NCBI GenBank assembly: GCA_041580235.1
Contig: JBFGEG010000004.1
Span: 1,472 to 65,471 of the forward strand
Direction: 5' to 3'
Source: Phycisphaerales bacterium
Lineage (GTDB): Bacteria > Planctomycetota > Phycisphaerae > Phycisphaerales > SM1A02
DNA: 64,000 bases
Shown: positions 27,285 to 36,408 of the stretch, piece by piece
How positions within the stretch are numbered: position 1 is the stretch's first letter
How the letters are laid out: the number at the start of each line of letters is the position of its first letter
The notes under the pieces: model-generated
Database searches by the model: none
Told to the model about the DNA's origin: nothing
Seen by the model: the letters and a program-made list of their open reading frames with translations, nothing else
Made by a program: the position numbers and the translations under genes

Positions 27285-27554
27285 ATGGTCGTGCTCCGTC
27301 TCAAGCGGCTGGGTCGTACGCATCGCCCGTTCTACCGGGTCAACGCGATGGACCGGCGTTCACCCCGCGACGGCCGCGTGATCGAGCAGCTCGGCTGGTA
27401 CGACCCGCTGGCTCCGGAGGACCGCCAGGTCGAGATCAACGTCGAGCGGGCCGACTACTGGCTCAGCGTCGGCGCCCAGCCGAGCCGGACCGTGGCCAGC
27501 CTGCTGAAGCGTCTCGGCTGCGAGCCCAAGCCAGGAAAAGCCATCAGCCAGTAA
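27285..27554 (+). CDS. rpsP: 30S ribosomal protein S16
   Basis: MVVLRLKRLGRTHRPFYRVNAMD...LGWYDPL canonical S16. GAAGGAGA RBS. Confidence 0.95.
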   Translation: MVVLRLKRLGRTHRPFYRVNAMDRRSPRDGRVIEQLGWYDPLAPEDRQVEINVERADYWLSVGAQPSRTVASLLKRLGCEPKPGKAISQ

Positions 27555-27574
27555 TCGCCGTGGTTCGCGGCCTC

Positions 27575-28294
27575 ATGGCTCTCCGCATCGACATACTGAC
27601 CCTGTTTCCCGAGATGCTTGCCGGGGCGCTGCAGTCGAGCATCCTCGGTCGAGCCGCCAAAGGAGGGTTCGCCGACTACCACCTGCACAACATCCGCCAG
27701 TGGTCGCAGGACAAGCACGACAAGGTGGACGATCGACCCTTCGGAGGCGAGCCGGGCATGGTCATGATGTGCCAGCCGCTCTACGACGCGGTCATGGCCG
27801 TCGAGAAGGCGGACCCAACCCCGGCCACCCGCATCCTCCTCACGCCGCAGGGTGAGCGGTTGAGCCAGCCCCGGATCGAGTCGCTGGCCGGCGAGCCACG
27901 TCTCCTGCTCATCGCCGGTCATTACGAGGGCGTGGACGAGCGGGTGATCGAGGAGCTCCAACCGCAGGAGCTCAGCGTCGGCGACTTCGTGCTCAGCGGT
28001 GGCGAGATCCCCGCCCTGGTCGTGATCGACGCCGTGGTCCGGCTCATCCCAGGCGTGCTCGGCCACGAGAGCTCGGCGGCCGAGGACTCGTTCGCCCCCC
28101 GCGGGCCCCAGGGCCGGCGGCTCCTGGAGGGGCCCCACTACACTCGGCCCAGGGAGTGGCGGGGCCGCCCGGTCCCCGAAGTGCTGGTCTCCGGCGACCA
28201 CGATGCTGTCCGCCGGTGGCGATTGCGTATGATGCTCGATCGCACACGGGAGCGACGCCCGGACCTGCTGACCACTGAACCCCCTGTCCCCTGA
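27575..28294 (+). CDS. trmD: tRNA (guanine37-N1)-methyltransferase
   Basis: MALRIDILTLFPEM...DDRPFGGEPGMVM...GHYEGVDERV...SVGDFVLSGGE canonical TrmD. Start ATG 27575 lies within the longer ORF 26831..28294. Ends in EPPVP-stop inside a C-rich element. Confidence 0.95.
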   Translation: MALRIDILTLFPEMLAGALQSSILGRAAKGGFADYHLHNIRQWSQDKHDKVDDRPFGGEPGMVMMCQPLYDAVMAVEKADPTPATRILLTPQGERLSQPRIESLAGEPRLLLIAGHYEGVDERVIEELQPQELSVGDFVLSGGEIPALVVIDAVVRLIPGVLGHESSAAEDSFAPRGPQGRRLLEGPHYTRPREWRGRPVPEVLVSGDHDAVRRWRLRMMLDRTRERRPDLLTTEPPVP

Positions 28295-28310
28295 CCCCCG
28301 ACCAATCATG
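28271..28310 (+). other. C-rich, G-depleted junction element (site C), trmD stop to rplS start
   Basis: ACCACTGAACCCCCTGTCCCCTGACCCCCGACCAATCATG. It shares CCCCTGACCCC with site A. Confidence 0.4.
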
Positions 28311-28778
28311 AACGTGCAAGAAACCATTGAATCAGTCACCACCGACCAGCTGAAGCCGGACGAGGCGTTCCCCGTCTTTGGCGTCGGCGACACGATTAAC
28401 GTCCACGTCCGGATCATCGAAGGCGACAAGGAGCGCATCCAGATCTACCAGGGCGTGCTGATCGCGCAGCGCGGCCGCGGGATCAACCGCACGATCACGG
28501 TGCGTCGCATCGTCGCCAATGAGGGCGTGGAGCGGATCTTCCCCCTGCACTCGCCGCGGATCGCCAAGATCGAGGTGGTCCGGCGCGGTGACGCGCGGCG
28601 GGCCAAGCTGTACTTCCTCAGGGAGCGTGTGGGCAAGAGCCGGCGACTCCGGGATCAGCGCCGAGGCCTGAGCCACGTCAAGGATCTCCCCGCTCCGGCC
28701 GTTCCGGAGGAGCCGATCCCCGACGCCGAGACGCCCGGTGAGCCCGAGGCCGCCGAGGCCACTGAGTCTACCGAGTAG
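28308..28778 (+). CDS. rplS: 50S ribosomal protein L19 (acidic C-terminal extension)
   Basis: GDTINVHVRIIEGDKERIQIYQGVLIA.RG.G...TVRRI..GVERIFPLHSP canonical L19. Confidence 0.95.
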   Translation: MNVQETIESVTTDQLKPDEAFPVFGVGDTINVHVRIIEGDKERIQIYQGVLIAQRGRGINRTITVRRIVANEGVERIFPLHSPRIAKIEVVRRGDARRAKLYFLRERVGKSRRLRDQRRGLSHVKDLPAPAVPEEPIPDAETPGEPEAAEATESTE

Positions 28779-28799
28779 ATCCGCGGTCTGGGCCTGCTG

Positions 28800-29264
28800 C
28801 TAGCTGCGCTCAATCGCCGCCAGCGCGCTGGGCACGTCGTGGCAGATCGGGAAGAGCCGATCAAGCCGCGTGATGCGGAACAGATCCTGGACGTTGCCGT
28901 CCCCGTTGACCACGGCGATCCGCCCGCCGTCCGACACGGCGTGGTTGAGCGCCTTGACGAGACAGCCGAGGCACACCGAATCGAGGTACTCGAGGTTCTG
29001 GATGTCCAGCACCAGGGAGCTCGCACCCGAGTGCGTGACATCGCTGAACAGCTCGCTCAACATCGCCACGCCCTCATAGGTGGCCAGCTGGGTGACCGTC
29101 AGGGTGGCCACCGCCGTCGGCCCGATACGATCGATCTTGGCGATGGAGTTGTTGACGACCGATCCCCACGCGTGCTCGTCGGGGCGGTCGGTGCCTGTCG
29201 TCCTTGAGCGGGGCCGGTTCTGAGGGGAGTGGGGGCGGGACTTTCGCGAGAAGAAGCCGGGCAT
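28800..29264 (-). CDS. STAS-domain protein (anti-sigma-factor antagonist family)
   Basis: STAS pattern LVLDIQNLEYLDSVCLGCLVKA...GRIAVVNGDGNVQDLFRITRLD. ATG 29264 is preceded by GGAGGG. Confidence 0.75.
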   Translation of the reverse strand: MPGFFSRKSRPHSPQNRPRSRTTGTDRPDEHAWGSVVNNSIAKIDRIGPTAVATLTVTQLATYEGVAMLSELFSDVTHSGASSLVLDIQNLEYLDSVCLGCLVKALNHAVSDGGRIAVVNGDGNVQDLFRITRLDRLFPICHDVPSALAAIERS

Positions 29265-29407
29265 GGAGTCGCCCTCCGCTGCCTCCTCGGTGGCCTCAGG
29301 TTATCACTCATTTCGGCCGGATCGGGACGCGGTATGAGCCGCATCGCGGCGCAACACCGACTTCGATCCGAAGAGGGGGGCGAGCGAAGCTCGGGCCTGC
29401 GTGACGG

Positions 29408-29656
29408 TTACACCGCCTCGGCGCGGTAGTCCGAGCCCTCGTAGTGGGGCATCGTCGGGGTGGCCCGCTTCGGGCGGGCCTTGCGACGGGGTATCTCGGA
29501 GTTGTTGTCGTCGGTGGGGGGCTCGACGGCGGCAGGCCGGGGCGCAGTCGGAGTGTCGGTGTCGTGCAGCCGACGCCGCCGCGCCGTCTCGATCGACCGT
29601 TCCATGGCCTGCAGGATGGGCCTGATGCGCTCTGCAGTCGATCGTGAACTCTTCAT
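29408..29656 (-). CDS. small basic hypothetical protein
   Basis: 82-aa ORF with a strong RBS (GGGAGGG about 9 nt upstream of the ATG), upstream of the STAS gene on the same strand. No recognisable domain. Confidence 0.35.
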   Translation of the reverse strand: MKSSRSTAERIRPILQAMERSIETARRRRLHDTDTPTAPRPAAVEPPTDDNNSEIPRRKARPKRATPTMPHYEGSDYRAEAV

Positions 29657-29843
29657 GGACGGCGCCCTCCCTTGCGCGCAGCCGGTATCTGCACTTGCTG
29701 AGAAGTGCTATCGGCCTTTGCCCGACGAAAGTTGCCTGTCGTGTCGATCAGGTAATAAGTTTGCCGCCCACGGGGCCGCATAACCGGAACCGGGGCCGCA
29801 GTCGCCGCGTCTCCCCGTGCCCGCCCGATCGATAAAGACGGAC

Positions 29844-31454
29844 CTAAGCCAGTTCCACGCTGGCGACGCTCAGGATGCCGGGGGCGCGGCCCAGCTCGTC
29901 GAGCAGCTTCGCCGTCGGCGCCGCGTCGAGCTTGAGGATCATCATGGCGATCGTGCCGCTGCCGGTGTCGGGCTTGCGGCCGATCACCATCTCGGCGATG
30001 TTCACTCCCGCGTCGCCGAACAGGCGGCCGACCAGGCCGATCCGCCCCGGCTCGTCGGCGTTGGTCAGCAACACCATGTGCCCAGCGGGGACCATGTCCA
30101 TCGTGAATCCATCAAGGCTGGTGATACGCCCCAGCTCGTCGGCGTAAATCGCCCCCTCCACGCGGCGGGGTCGGCCGTCCTGCTCGATCTCGATCGACAG
30201 GCGGTCCTCGCCGTGGTCGGCGGCGATGACCGTCTCGGTATCGATGTGCCGCTGCTCGGCGATGAGCCCCGCATTGATGACGCTGACGGGCTCATCGAGG
30301 ACGCTGCTGAGCAGCTCGACCAGTGCGTAGCGGGCCACCGTATCGGCCCGGCCCGCCAGGGATTCGCCGCGGACGGTGAACCGCACCCGCTCCAGGCGAC
30401 GCGGGGCCACGGCGGCTTTGAGCAGGGCGATCATGCGGCTCGCCAGATCCACGAAGGCCCGCTGGCGATCGGTGAGGTCGAGGGTCAGCCCGGCAGCGTT
30501 GACGGCGCCGATGATACCCTCGCCCCGCAGGTACGTGACCAGCGCCCGGCAGGCATCCACGGCCACCGCCTCCTGAGCCTCGGCCGTCGACGCGCCCAGA
30601 TGGGGCGTGGTGAGGATGCGCCGATGATTGCGCAGGGGGCTGTCGGCGGGCGGGGGCTCCGGGTCGAAGACGTCCAGCGCAGCGCCGCCGCAGCGGCCGT
30701 CCTGGAGCGCTTCCAGCAGCGCTTCCTCGTCGACGATGCCGCCCCGTGACGCGTTGATCACGAGAAGTCCCGGCTTCGCCCTCGAAAAGCCGCTGGCCCC
30801 CAGCATGCTCACCGTCGCAGCGGTCCTGGGAACATGGAAGCTGACCACGTCCACCCGGGAGATCAGATCCTCGAACGAGTCGAGCAGGGGGACCTTCCCT
30901 TCGAGCGCTGATTTGGCATTGATGAACGGGTCGTGGGCGCAGACACTCATACCGAACGCAAGGGCGCGTTGGGCGAGCGTGAGCCCGATCCGGCCCAGAC
31001 CCACGACGCCCAGGGTCTTGCCGTGCAGCTCCCGGCCGACAAACTTGTTGCGGTCCCATCCTCCGGCGGCCATGGCCGCGTGGGCCCAGGGGATGTTGCG
31101 AGCCAGGGCGATCATCAGGGCGAAGGCGTGCTCGGCGGTCGTGATCGTGCTCGCCGAAGCTGCGTTCATGACGGCGATCCCCAGCCGGGTTGCGGTCTCC
31201 AGGTCGATGTTGTCCACGCCCACGCCGGCCCTCGCGATGGCCCGCAGCCGCCAGCCGTTGCCGCCCGCGCACTGCTCCAGGACGGGTCCGGTCACCTGGA
31301 CCGCCGATCGGACGACCACGCCGTCGTGCTCGCGCAAGGCCTCGGCCAGCTCGTCGCCGGCGAGACCCGTCTTGACGGTCACCTGCGTGTCCCCCTGGCT
31401 GCGGAGAAACTCCGCTCCCTCCGCGGCGAGCTTGTCGGCGATGAGAATCCTCAT
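29844..31454 (-). CDS. serA: D-3-phosphoglycerate dehydrogenase (long form with ASB/ACT C-terminus)
   Basis: MRILIADKL...GVVVRS, NAD motif GVVGLGRIG, catalytic ...NASRGGIVDE...TPHLGAST, and a C-terminal ACT-like domain. ATG 31454 is preceded by GGAGGG. Confidence 0.93.
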   Translation of the reverse strand: MRILIADKLAAEGAEFLRSQGDTQVTVKTGLAGDELAEALREHDGVVVRSAVQVTGPVLEQCAGGNGWRLRAIARAGVGVDNIDLETATRLGIAVMNAASASTITTAEHAFALMIALARNIPWAHAAMAAGGWDRNKFVGRELHGKTLGVVGLGRIGLTLAQRALAFGMSVCAHDPFINAKSALEGKVPLLDSFEDLISRVDVVSFHVPRTAATVSMLGASGFSRAKPGLLVINASRGGIVDEEALLEALQDGRCGGAALDVFDPEPPPADSPLRNHRRILTTPHLGASTAEAQEAVAVDACRALVTYLRGEGIIGAVNAAGLTLDLTDRQRAFVDLASRMIALLKAAVAPRRLERVRFTVRGESLAGRADTVARYALVELLSSVLDEPVSVINAGLIAEQRHIDTETVIAADHGEDRLSIEIEQDGRPRRVEGAIYADELGRITSLDGFTMDMVPAGHMVLLTNADEPGRIGLVGRLFGDAGVNIAEMVIGRKPDTGSGTIAMMILKLDAAPTAKLLDELGRAPGILSVASVELA

Positions 31455-31651
31455 CGAAACCCTCCATTGCGGCCGGGGATCGACCCCAGGCCGCTCGCGG
31501 CACACGCCCCCGACCACCCAGACACGCCCGCACGCGGCCGGAACCCGCCGCCCGGCCCCCCGCGGCGCCGCTTGGACGTCACCGGCCCCTGGGGCTACAC
31601 TTGTCGATTCCTGACGGTTCACCCCAGTTTACTTCTTTCGAGTGACAGCAT

Positions 31652-31921
31652 ATGGCGATCGCCGAGGCCCGCAGACAGGAGTTGATCCAGGACTACCGCC
31701 GCCAGGAGGGCGATTCGGGGTCTCCGGAGGTGCAGGTCGCTCTTCTGACCGAGCGGATCCGGGATCTCACGGAGCACCTGCAGACCCACAAGCACGACTT
31801 CGCGTCGCGGCGGGGCCTGCTGTTGATGGTGGGTAAGAGGAATCGCCTGCTCAAGTACCTCTCACGAACGAGACGAGAGGATTATCAAGCGTTGATCAAG
31901 CGGCTCGGCCTGCGAAAGTAG
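31652..31921 (+). CDS. rpsO: 30S ribosomal protein S15
   Basis: [43 protein letters not shown] canonical S15. Confidence 0.95.
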   Translation: MAIAEARRQELIQDYRRQEGDSGSPEVQVALLTERIRDLTEHLQTHKHDFASRRGLLLMVGKRNRLLKYLSRTRREDYQALIKRLGLRK

Positions 31922-31976
31922 CAGCGGGCCGTTGACGGATTGATGAAACGCGGCCGCATCGGCGAAAGGCGGCAGT

Positions 31977-32013
31977 AGGCAAGCCACAGTAGGACAACGG
32001 CTGTTGCTTGCCT
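31977..32013 (+). terminator. hairpin downstream of rpsO (candidate terminator/attenuator)
   Basis: AGGCAAGC/GCTTGCCT 8-bp stem, one mismatch, then 4 further bp (ACAG/CTGT), with an 11-nt loop. Followed by a pyrimidine-rich TCTGCCCTCT rather than a T run. Confidence 0.4.
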
Positions 32014-32047
32014 TCTGCCCTCTGGGAGTCGGCGGTCGCACCCCAGA

Positions 32048-32068
32048 ACCGCGCGGGATCCGCGCGGT
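32048..32068 (+). promoter_or_regulatory. perfect 9-bp stem / 3-nt loop hairpin in the pnp leader
   Basis: ACCGCGCGG-GAT-CCGCGCGGT, 26 nt upstream of the pnp ATG. Its position is analogous to the processed pnp leader stem known in E. coli. Confidence 0.5.
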
Positions 32069-32093
32069 GGAACTCCTATCGAGGACAGAGGCA

Positions 32094-34253
32094 ATGCCAC
32101 ATGTAGTTGTTGAACGAGAGATCGGCGGTAGGACCATGAGGTTCGAGACCGGCAAGGTGGCCCGGCTGGCCAGCGGCGCGGTCATGGCCAGCTATGCGGA
32201 CACCACGGTGCTGACGACCGCCATGCGGGCGGAACCGCGGCCCGGCCTGGACTTCTTCCCCCTGCAGTGCGATTACCGTGAGAAGCTCGGGGCCGGCGGC
32301 AAGTTCCCCGGCGGCTTTCGAAAGCGCGAGGGGCCGCCGCAGGAAAAAGAGATCGTCACCATGCGGATGATGGATCGTCCCATCCGCCCGCTGTTCCCAG
32401 ACGGCTTCATCGATGAGATCCAGCTGCAGTCGTCGGTGATGAGCCACGACGGCCAGAACGACGCCGACGTGCTCGCCTGCAGCAGCGCTTCGGCGGCCCT
32501 GTGCCTGACCGACGCCCCGTTCGAGGGCCCCGTGGCCACGGTGCGGGTGGGACGGATCGTCACCGATGACGGCGAGCAGTTCGTGCTCAACCCGACCCAC
32601 GCTCAGATGGAGTTCACCGACCTCGACCTCGTGCTGTCCGGTCACGCCGACGGCATCAACATGATCGAGATCGGCGCAGCCGAGGTGCCCGACGCCGATG
32701 TTCTGGCCGCCATCAGGTTCGGGTTCGAAGAGGGAATCAAACCCATCCTCGACATGCAGCGCGAGCTCATGGAGAAGGCGGGCCGCCGCGAGAAGCACCT
32801 CGGCGAGCTGAGCCTTCCCGCCGAGGACGTGGTCGAGAAGGTCAGGGCGGTGGCCGAGTCCGACCTCACGCAGGCCCGCCAGATCAAGGGCAAGCAGGAG
32901 CGGTCCGACGCGATCGATGCCCTCCGCGAGCGCATGCTGGAGGAGCACTTCAGCCTGCCGGAGACGGGCACCTTCCAGGAGTACAGGGAAGCCGAGAAGC
33001 GCTACGCCGACGCCAAGGAGGCATTCCGGCGGCTCGAGAAGAAGATCGCCCACAAGCTCCTCGGCGAGCAGGGCATCCGCGCCGACGGCCGAAAGGCCGA
33101 CGAGATCCGGCCCCTGGAGATGGAGGTGGGGATCTTCACCCGCACGCACGGCTCGGCCTTCTTCCAGAGGGGCGAGACGCAGTCGCTCGTGGTGTGCACG
33201 CTCGGCACCACCCGCGACGAGCAGATCGTCGACGGCCTCATGCCCGAGTACGCAAAGAAGTTCTACCTGCACTACAACTTCCCGCCCTTCGCCACCGGAG
33301 AGGTCAAGCGGATCATGGGGCCGGGCCGCCGGGAGATCGGCCACGGGGCGCTCGCCGAGCGCTCGCTGCTGGCGATCCTGCCGGAGCTGGAGGAGTTCCC
33401 CTACACGATTCGACTGGTCAGCGACATCACCGAGTCCAACGGGTCGTCGTCGATGGCCTCCGTCTGCGGCGGCTGCCTCGCCCTGATGGACGCCGGCGTG
33501 CCGATCAAGGCCACGTGCGCGGGGATCTCCGTGGGCCGGTTCACCGACGGTGACGGAAAGGTGACCCACGTCACCGACATCATCGGCGAGGAGGACTTCT
33601 TCGGCGAGATGGACTTCAAGGTGTCCGGCACGCGGGACGGGGTCACCGGCGTGCAGCTGGACCTCAAGGCTCGCGGTCTCGGCATGGACGAGATTGCCAC
33701 GATCTTCGCCCAGGCGAGAGAAGGCCGCCTCGATCTCATTCAGAAGATGGAAGCGATCCTGCCCGAGCCGCGGGCGGAGCTCTCACCGCACGCGCCGCGC
33801 ATTCTCACGGTCATGATCGATCCTGAGAAGATCGGCAAGCTCATCGGACCGGGCGGCAAGACGATCCGCGGTATCCAGGAGCGCACCGGCGCCACGATCG
33901 ACGTCGAGGAGGACGGCACCGTCTTCATCGCGTCCACCGACGCCGCCGGCGGCGAGCAGGCCAAGGCGGAGGTTGAGGCCCTGGGGGCGGAGATCAAGGT
34001 CGGTGCCATCTATCAGGGCACCGTCGTCTCCACCAAGGACTTCGGGGCGTTCGTGGAGCTCGTGCCCGGCACCGACGGGATGTGTCACATCTCCGAGCTG
34101 GCCGAGGGCTTCGTCAAGTCCGTCACGGACGTTGTCAAGGTCGGCGACGTCGTCAAGGTGAAGGTGATCGAGGTCGACGAGTCGTCGGGCAAGATCAGAC
34201 TCTCCCGCCGCGCCGCCATGAAGGACGAGACGCCGGAGCCGGTGGAGGCCTGA
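32094..34253 (+). CDS. pnp: polyribonucleotide nucleotidyltransferase (PNPase)
   Basis: Two RNase PH-like domains, a KH domain (KIGKLIGPGGKTIRGIQE) and an S1 domain (GTVVSTKDFGAFVEL). Start ATG 32094 lies within ORF 32004..34253. Confidence 0.96.
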   Translation: MPHVVVEREIGGRTMRFETGKVARLASGAVMASYADTTVLTTAMRAEPRPGLDFFPLQCDYREKLGAGGKFPGGFRKREGPPQEKEIVTMRMMDRPIRPLFPDGFIDEIQLQSSVMSHDGQNDADVLACSSASAALCLTDAPFEGPVATVRVGRIVTDDGEQFVLNPTHAQMEFTDLDLVLSGHADGINMIEIGAAEVPDADVLAAIRFGFEEGIKPILDMQRELMEKAGRREKHLGELSLPAEDVVEKVRAVAESDLTQARQIKGKQERSDAIDALRERMLEEHFSLPETGTFQEYREAEKRYADAKEAFRRLEKKIAHKLLGEQGIRADGRKADEIRPLEMEVGIFTRTHGSAFFQRGETQSLVVCTLGTTRDEQIVDGLMPEYAKKFYLHYNFPPFATGEVKRIMGPGRREIGHGALAERSLLAILPELEEFPYTIRLVSDITESNGSSSMASVCGGCLALMDAGVPIKATCAGISVGRFTDGDGKVTHVTDIIGEEDFFGEMDFKVSGTRDGVTGVQLDLKARGLGMDEIATIFAQAREGRLDLIQKMEAILPEPRAELSPHAPRILTVMIDPEKIGKLIGPGGKTIRGIQERTGATIDVEEDGTVFIASTDAAGGEQAKAEVEALGAEIKVGAIYQGTVVSTKDFGAFVELVPGTDGMCHISELAEGFVKSVTDVVKVGDVVKVKVIEVDESSGKIRLSRRAAMKDETPEPVEA

Positions 34254-34269
34254 GCATTTCGCAGCCGGA

Positions 34270-34302
34270 GGGGTGGGTGCCCGGCACCCACCCCTTTTTT
34301 TT
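34270..34302 (+). terminator. intrinsic terminator after pnp
   Basis: GGGGTGGGTGCC/GGCACCCACCCC stem followed by 8 T (34295-34302). Confidence 0.85.
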
Positions 34303-34374
34303 GGTGAATGCCGCTCGCCGGCATCGGCATCGGCTCACGGGGACCGGCCGGCGGATGACCCTAAGATAGGGATC

Positions 34375-35238
34375 GTGTGGGTGCTCTGGGTACTCCTCGG
34401 TATCGTCACGGGTCTGCTGTGCGCGGCACCATTGCTGCAGGTGCTGCTTCGTCGGGCCGAGCATCGCGCCCGGCGGGCGGAGCGCCGGGCCCGCAACGCC
34501 GAGCGACTGGCGGAGCTGGGCTCGATGACGGCGGGGCTCGCCCACGAGATCAAGAACCCGCTCTCGACCATCGGCCTCAACGCGCAGCTGCTGGCCGAGG
34601 GCATCAACGACGCGGACCTGCCCGGCGAGGACCGGACGCAGCTGCTGCGGCGTCTCGACGCCCTGTCGAGAGAGGCGGAGCGGCTCGGCGCCATCCTGAC
34701 CGACTTTCTCCAGTTCGCCGGACGGGTCCGGCTCGACGCCCAGCCTCGCGACCTCGTCGGGATTGTCAATGACCTGCGCGACTTCTTCCACCCTCAGTGC
34801 GACCAGAACCGCATCGTCATGAGGACGAACCTTCCCGAAGAGCCGGTCGCCGTTCACGTCGACGAAAGCCTGCTCAAGCAGGCCCTGCTCAACCTCATGA
34901 TCAACGCCACCCAGGCCATGAGCGACGGCGTCGCCGGCGACGACTCGCCGGGCGCCCGCGGAGAGCTGATTCTGCGGGTGGAGTCCGATCAGGACGAGGC
35001 GCGGGTGCACGTCATCGACACCGGGCCCGGCATCGAGCCGCAGCGTCTGGAGCAGATCTTCCACCCGTACGTCTCGCACACGGCCGGCGGCACGGGGTTG
35101 GGGCTCTCCACGGCGAGACGGATCATCGAGGAGCACGGGGGGCGACTGGAAGCGCACTCCGACATCGGCCGGGGCAGCGACTTCGTCATTCACCTGCCTC
35201 GCAAGGGCCCCGCGGCCGCGTCTCCCGCGGCGTCCTGA
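34375..35238 (+). CDS. sensor histidine kinase (one N-terminal TM, HisKA + HATPase_c)
   Basis: H-box MTAGLAHEIKNPLSTI, N-box LLNLMINATQAM, G-boxes DTGPGI and GTGLGLS. Start placed at GTG 34375 or 34381, because ATG 34273 lies inside the pnp terminator. Confidence 0.85.
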   Translation: MWVLWVLLGIVTGLLCAAPLLQVLLRRAEHRARRAERRARNAERLAELGSMTAGLAHEIKNPLSTIGLNAQLLAEGINDADLPGEDRTQLLRRLDALSREAERLGAILTDFLQFAGRVRLDAQPRDLVGIVNDLRDFFHPQCDQNRIVMRTNLPEEPVAVHVDESLLKQALLNLMINATQAMSDGVAGDDSPGARGELILRVESDQDEARVHVIDTGPGIEPQRLEQIFHPYVSHTAGGTGLGLSTARRIIEEHGGRLEAHSDIGRGSDFVIHLPRKGPAAASPAAS

Positions 35239-35341
35239 CGCTTCCTCGCGGATCACGCCGCGCTGCATGACGAGCTCCTCGATCACGGCCTCGATCGCGT
35301 CGTCCGCGCGGCTTCACGGTCAACGGCGCCGATCTGCAGGC

Positions 35342-35350
35342 TGGTACAAT
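35342..35350 (+). promoter_or_regulatory. candidate extended -10 promoter element (TGgTACAAT) for the ParB-like gene
   Basis: TGnTACAAT lies 24 nt upstream of ATG 35374, with GGGAG at 35362-35366. No good -35 element. Confidence 0.3.
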
Positions 35351-35373
35351 GCCTCCGACGCGGGAGCTGACTG

Positions 35374-36408
35374 ATGGCGACAGCAGCGAAGAAGAAGAAA
35401 AAGAAGACGAAGAAAACGGCCCGCAAGACGGGGCGCAAGAAGGCCCCGGCCCGCAAGCGGCTCACCCCGGCCAGTCAGAAGCGGGGGCTGGCGGCGGGCG
35501 AAATCTCGCTGGCGCTCGACGACCGGGACGTTGCACCGCTCGTGGCCGAGGTCGCGGCGGCCGGCGGCACGGCCATCGGCGCGTATCACGAGCCGTTGTC
35601 GGGGCGCCCCATCCTGCTCGCCTCGCTGCCACTGAAGTCCGTGGACCCCACGCCCTTCCAGCGGGATCTCTCGCCCACCCACACCAAGAGACTCGCGAAG
35701 AAGATCGAGGAGAGCGGCTCGTTCCTCGATCCGCTGATCGTCGTCCGCGGCGCCGACGGACGGCTGTGGACCCCCAACGGTCGCCACCGCCTGGCCGCGG
35801 CCAAGGTGCTCGGGCTACAACAGATCACCGCCCTCGTGTCGCCCGACGAGGATCTCGCCTTTCGCATCCTCGCCCTCAACACGGAGAAGGCCCACAACCT
35901 CAAGGACCGCAGCCTCGAGGTGATCCGCATGGCCCGGGCGCTCGCCGCCCGCCGCCCGCGGGCGAAGGAGTCGTCCTACGCCGCCGAGTTCGAGGAACCG
36001 CAGCTGCTCACCCTGGGGATCGTCTACGAGCAGAACAAGCGGTTTGCCGGTGGTGCGTACAGCCCGTTTCTCAAGAAGGTGGATCGTTTCACCGACGCCA
36101 CGCTGCCCGCGGGCCTGCGCAAGCGAACCGACTACGCGGCCCGCGTCACGGAAATCGACGCCAGGGTCAAGAGAATCATCGAGGCCCTTCGCGAGCGGGG
36201 CTTCAAGTCGCCGTACCTGCGCACGTACGTGGTGGCCCGAATCAACCCCGTGCGGTTTCATCGGGCCAAGAAGGGCGACACCAAGCCGCCCATGGCCATG
36301 GCTGCCGCCCTCACCCGCATGGCGGCGTCGGCGAAGAAGTTCAACATGGACTCGGTCAAGCCCGGCGACCTCGCCCTGGTCGCTGCCGTCGCGAGCGACG
36401 AAGAGTGA
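35374..36408 (+). CDS. ParB/Srx-fold N-terminal domain protein with Lys-rich N-terminal tail
   Basis: ParB-N pattern PLKSVDPTPFQRDLS..H.KRLAKKI...G.FLDPLIVV...DGRLWTPNGRHRLAAAKVLG. N-terminus MATAAKKKKKKTKKTARKTGRKKAPARKR. Confidence 0.75.
   Translation: MATAAKKKKKKTKKTARKTGRKKAPARKRLTPASQKRGLAAGEISLALDDRDVAPLVAEVAAAGGTAIGAYHEPLSGRPILLASLPLKSVDPTPFQRDLSPTHTKRLAKKIEESGSFLDPLIVVRGADGRLWTPNGRHRLAAAKVLGLQQITALVSPDEDLAFRILALNTEKAHNLKDRSLEVIRMARALAARRPRAKESSYAAEFEEPQLLTLGIVYEQNKRFAGGAYSPFLKKVDRFTDATLPAGLRKRTDYAARVTEIDARVKRIIEALRERGFKSPYLRTYVVARINPVRFHRAKKGDTKPPMAMAAALTRMAASAKKFNMDSVKPGDLALVAAVASDEE

Noticed and set aside
26831-27574. Long N-terminal extension of the trmD ORF (487 aa in the ORF track)
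   Set aside because: The extension overlaps the M50 protease and rpsP genes in other frames and is low-complexity. TrmD homology begins at MALRIDIL (ATG 27575).
34273-34374. ATG 34273 as the start of the histidine kinase
   Set aside because: This ATG lies inside the stem of the pnp intrinsic terminator (34270-34302). Transcription or translation starting there is implausible, so the start was moved to GTG 34375/34381, just before the TM segment.
35385-35425. AAG/AAA purine-rich tract as a simple-sequence repeat or slippage site
   Set aside because: It is in frame and simply encodes the Lys-rich tail of the ParB-like protein. It is interrupted by ACG and GCC codons, so it is not a pure homopolymeric or trinucleotide repeat.
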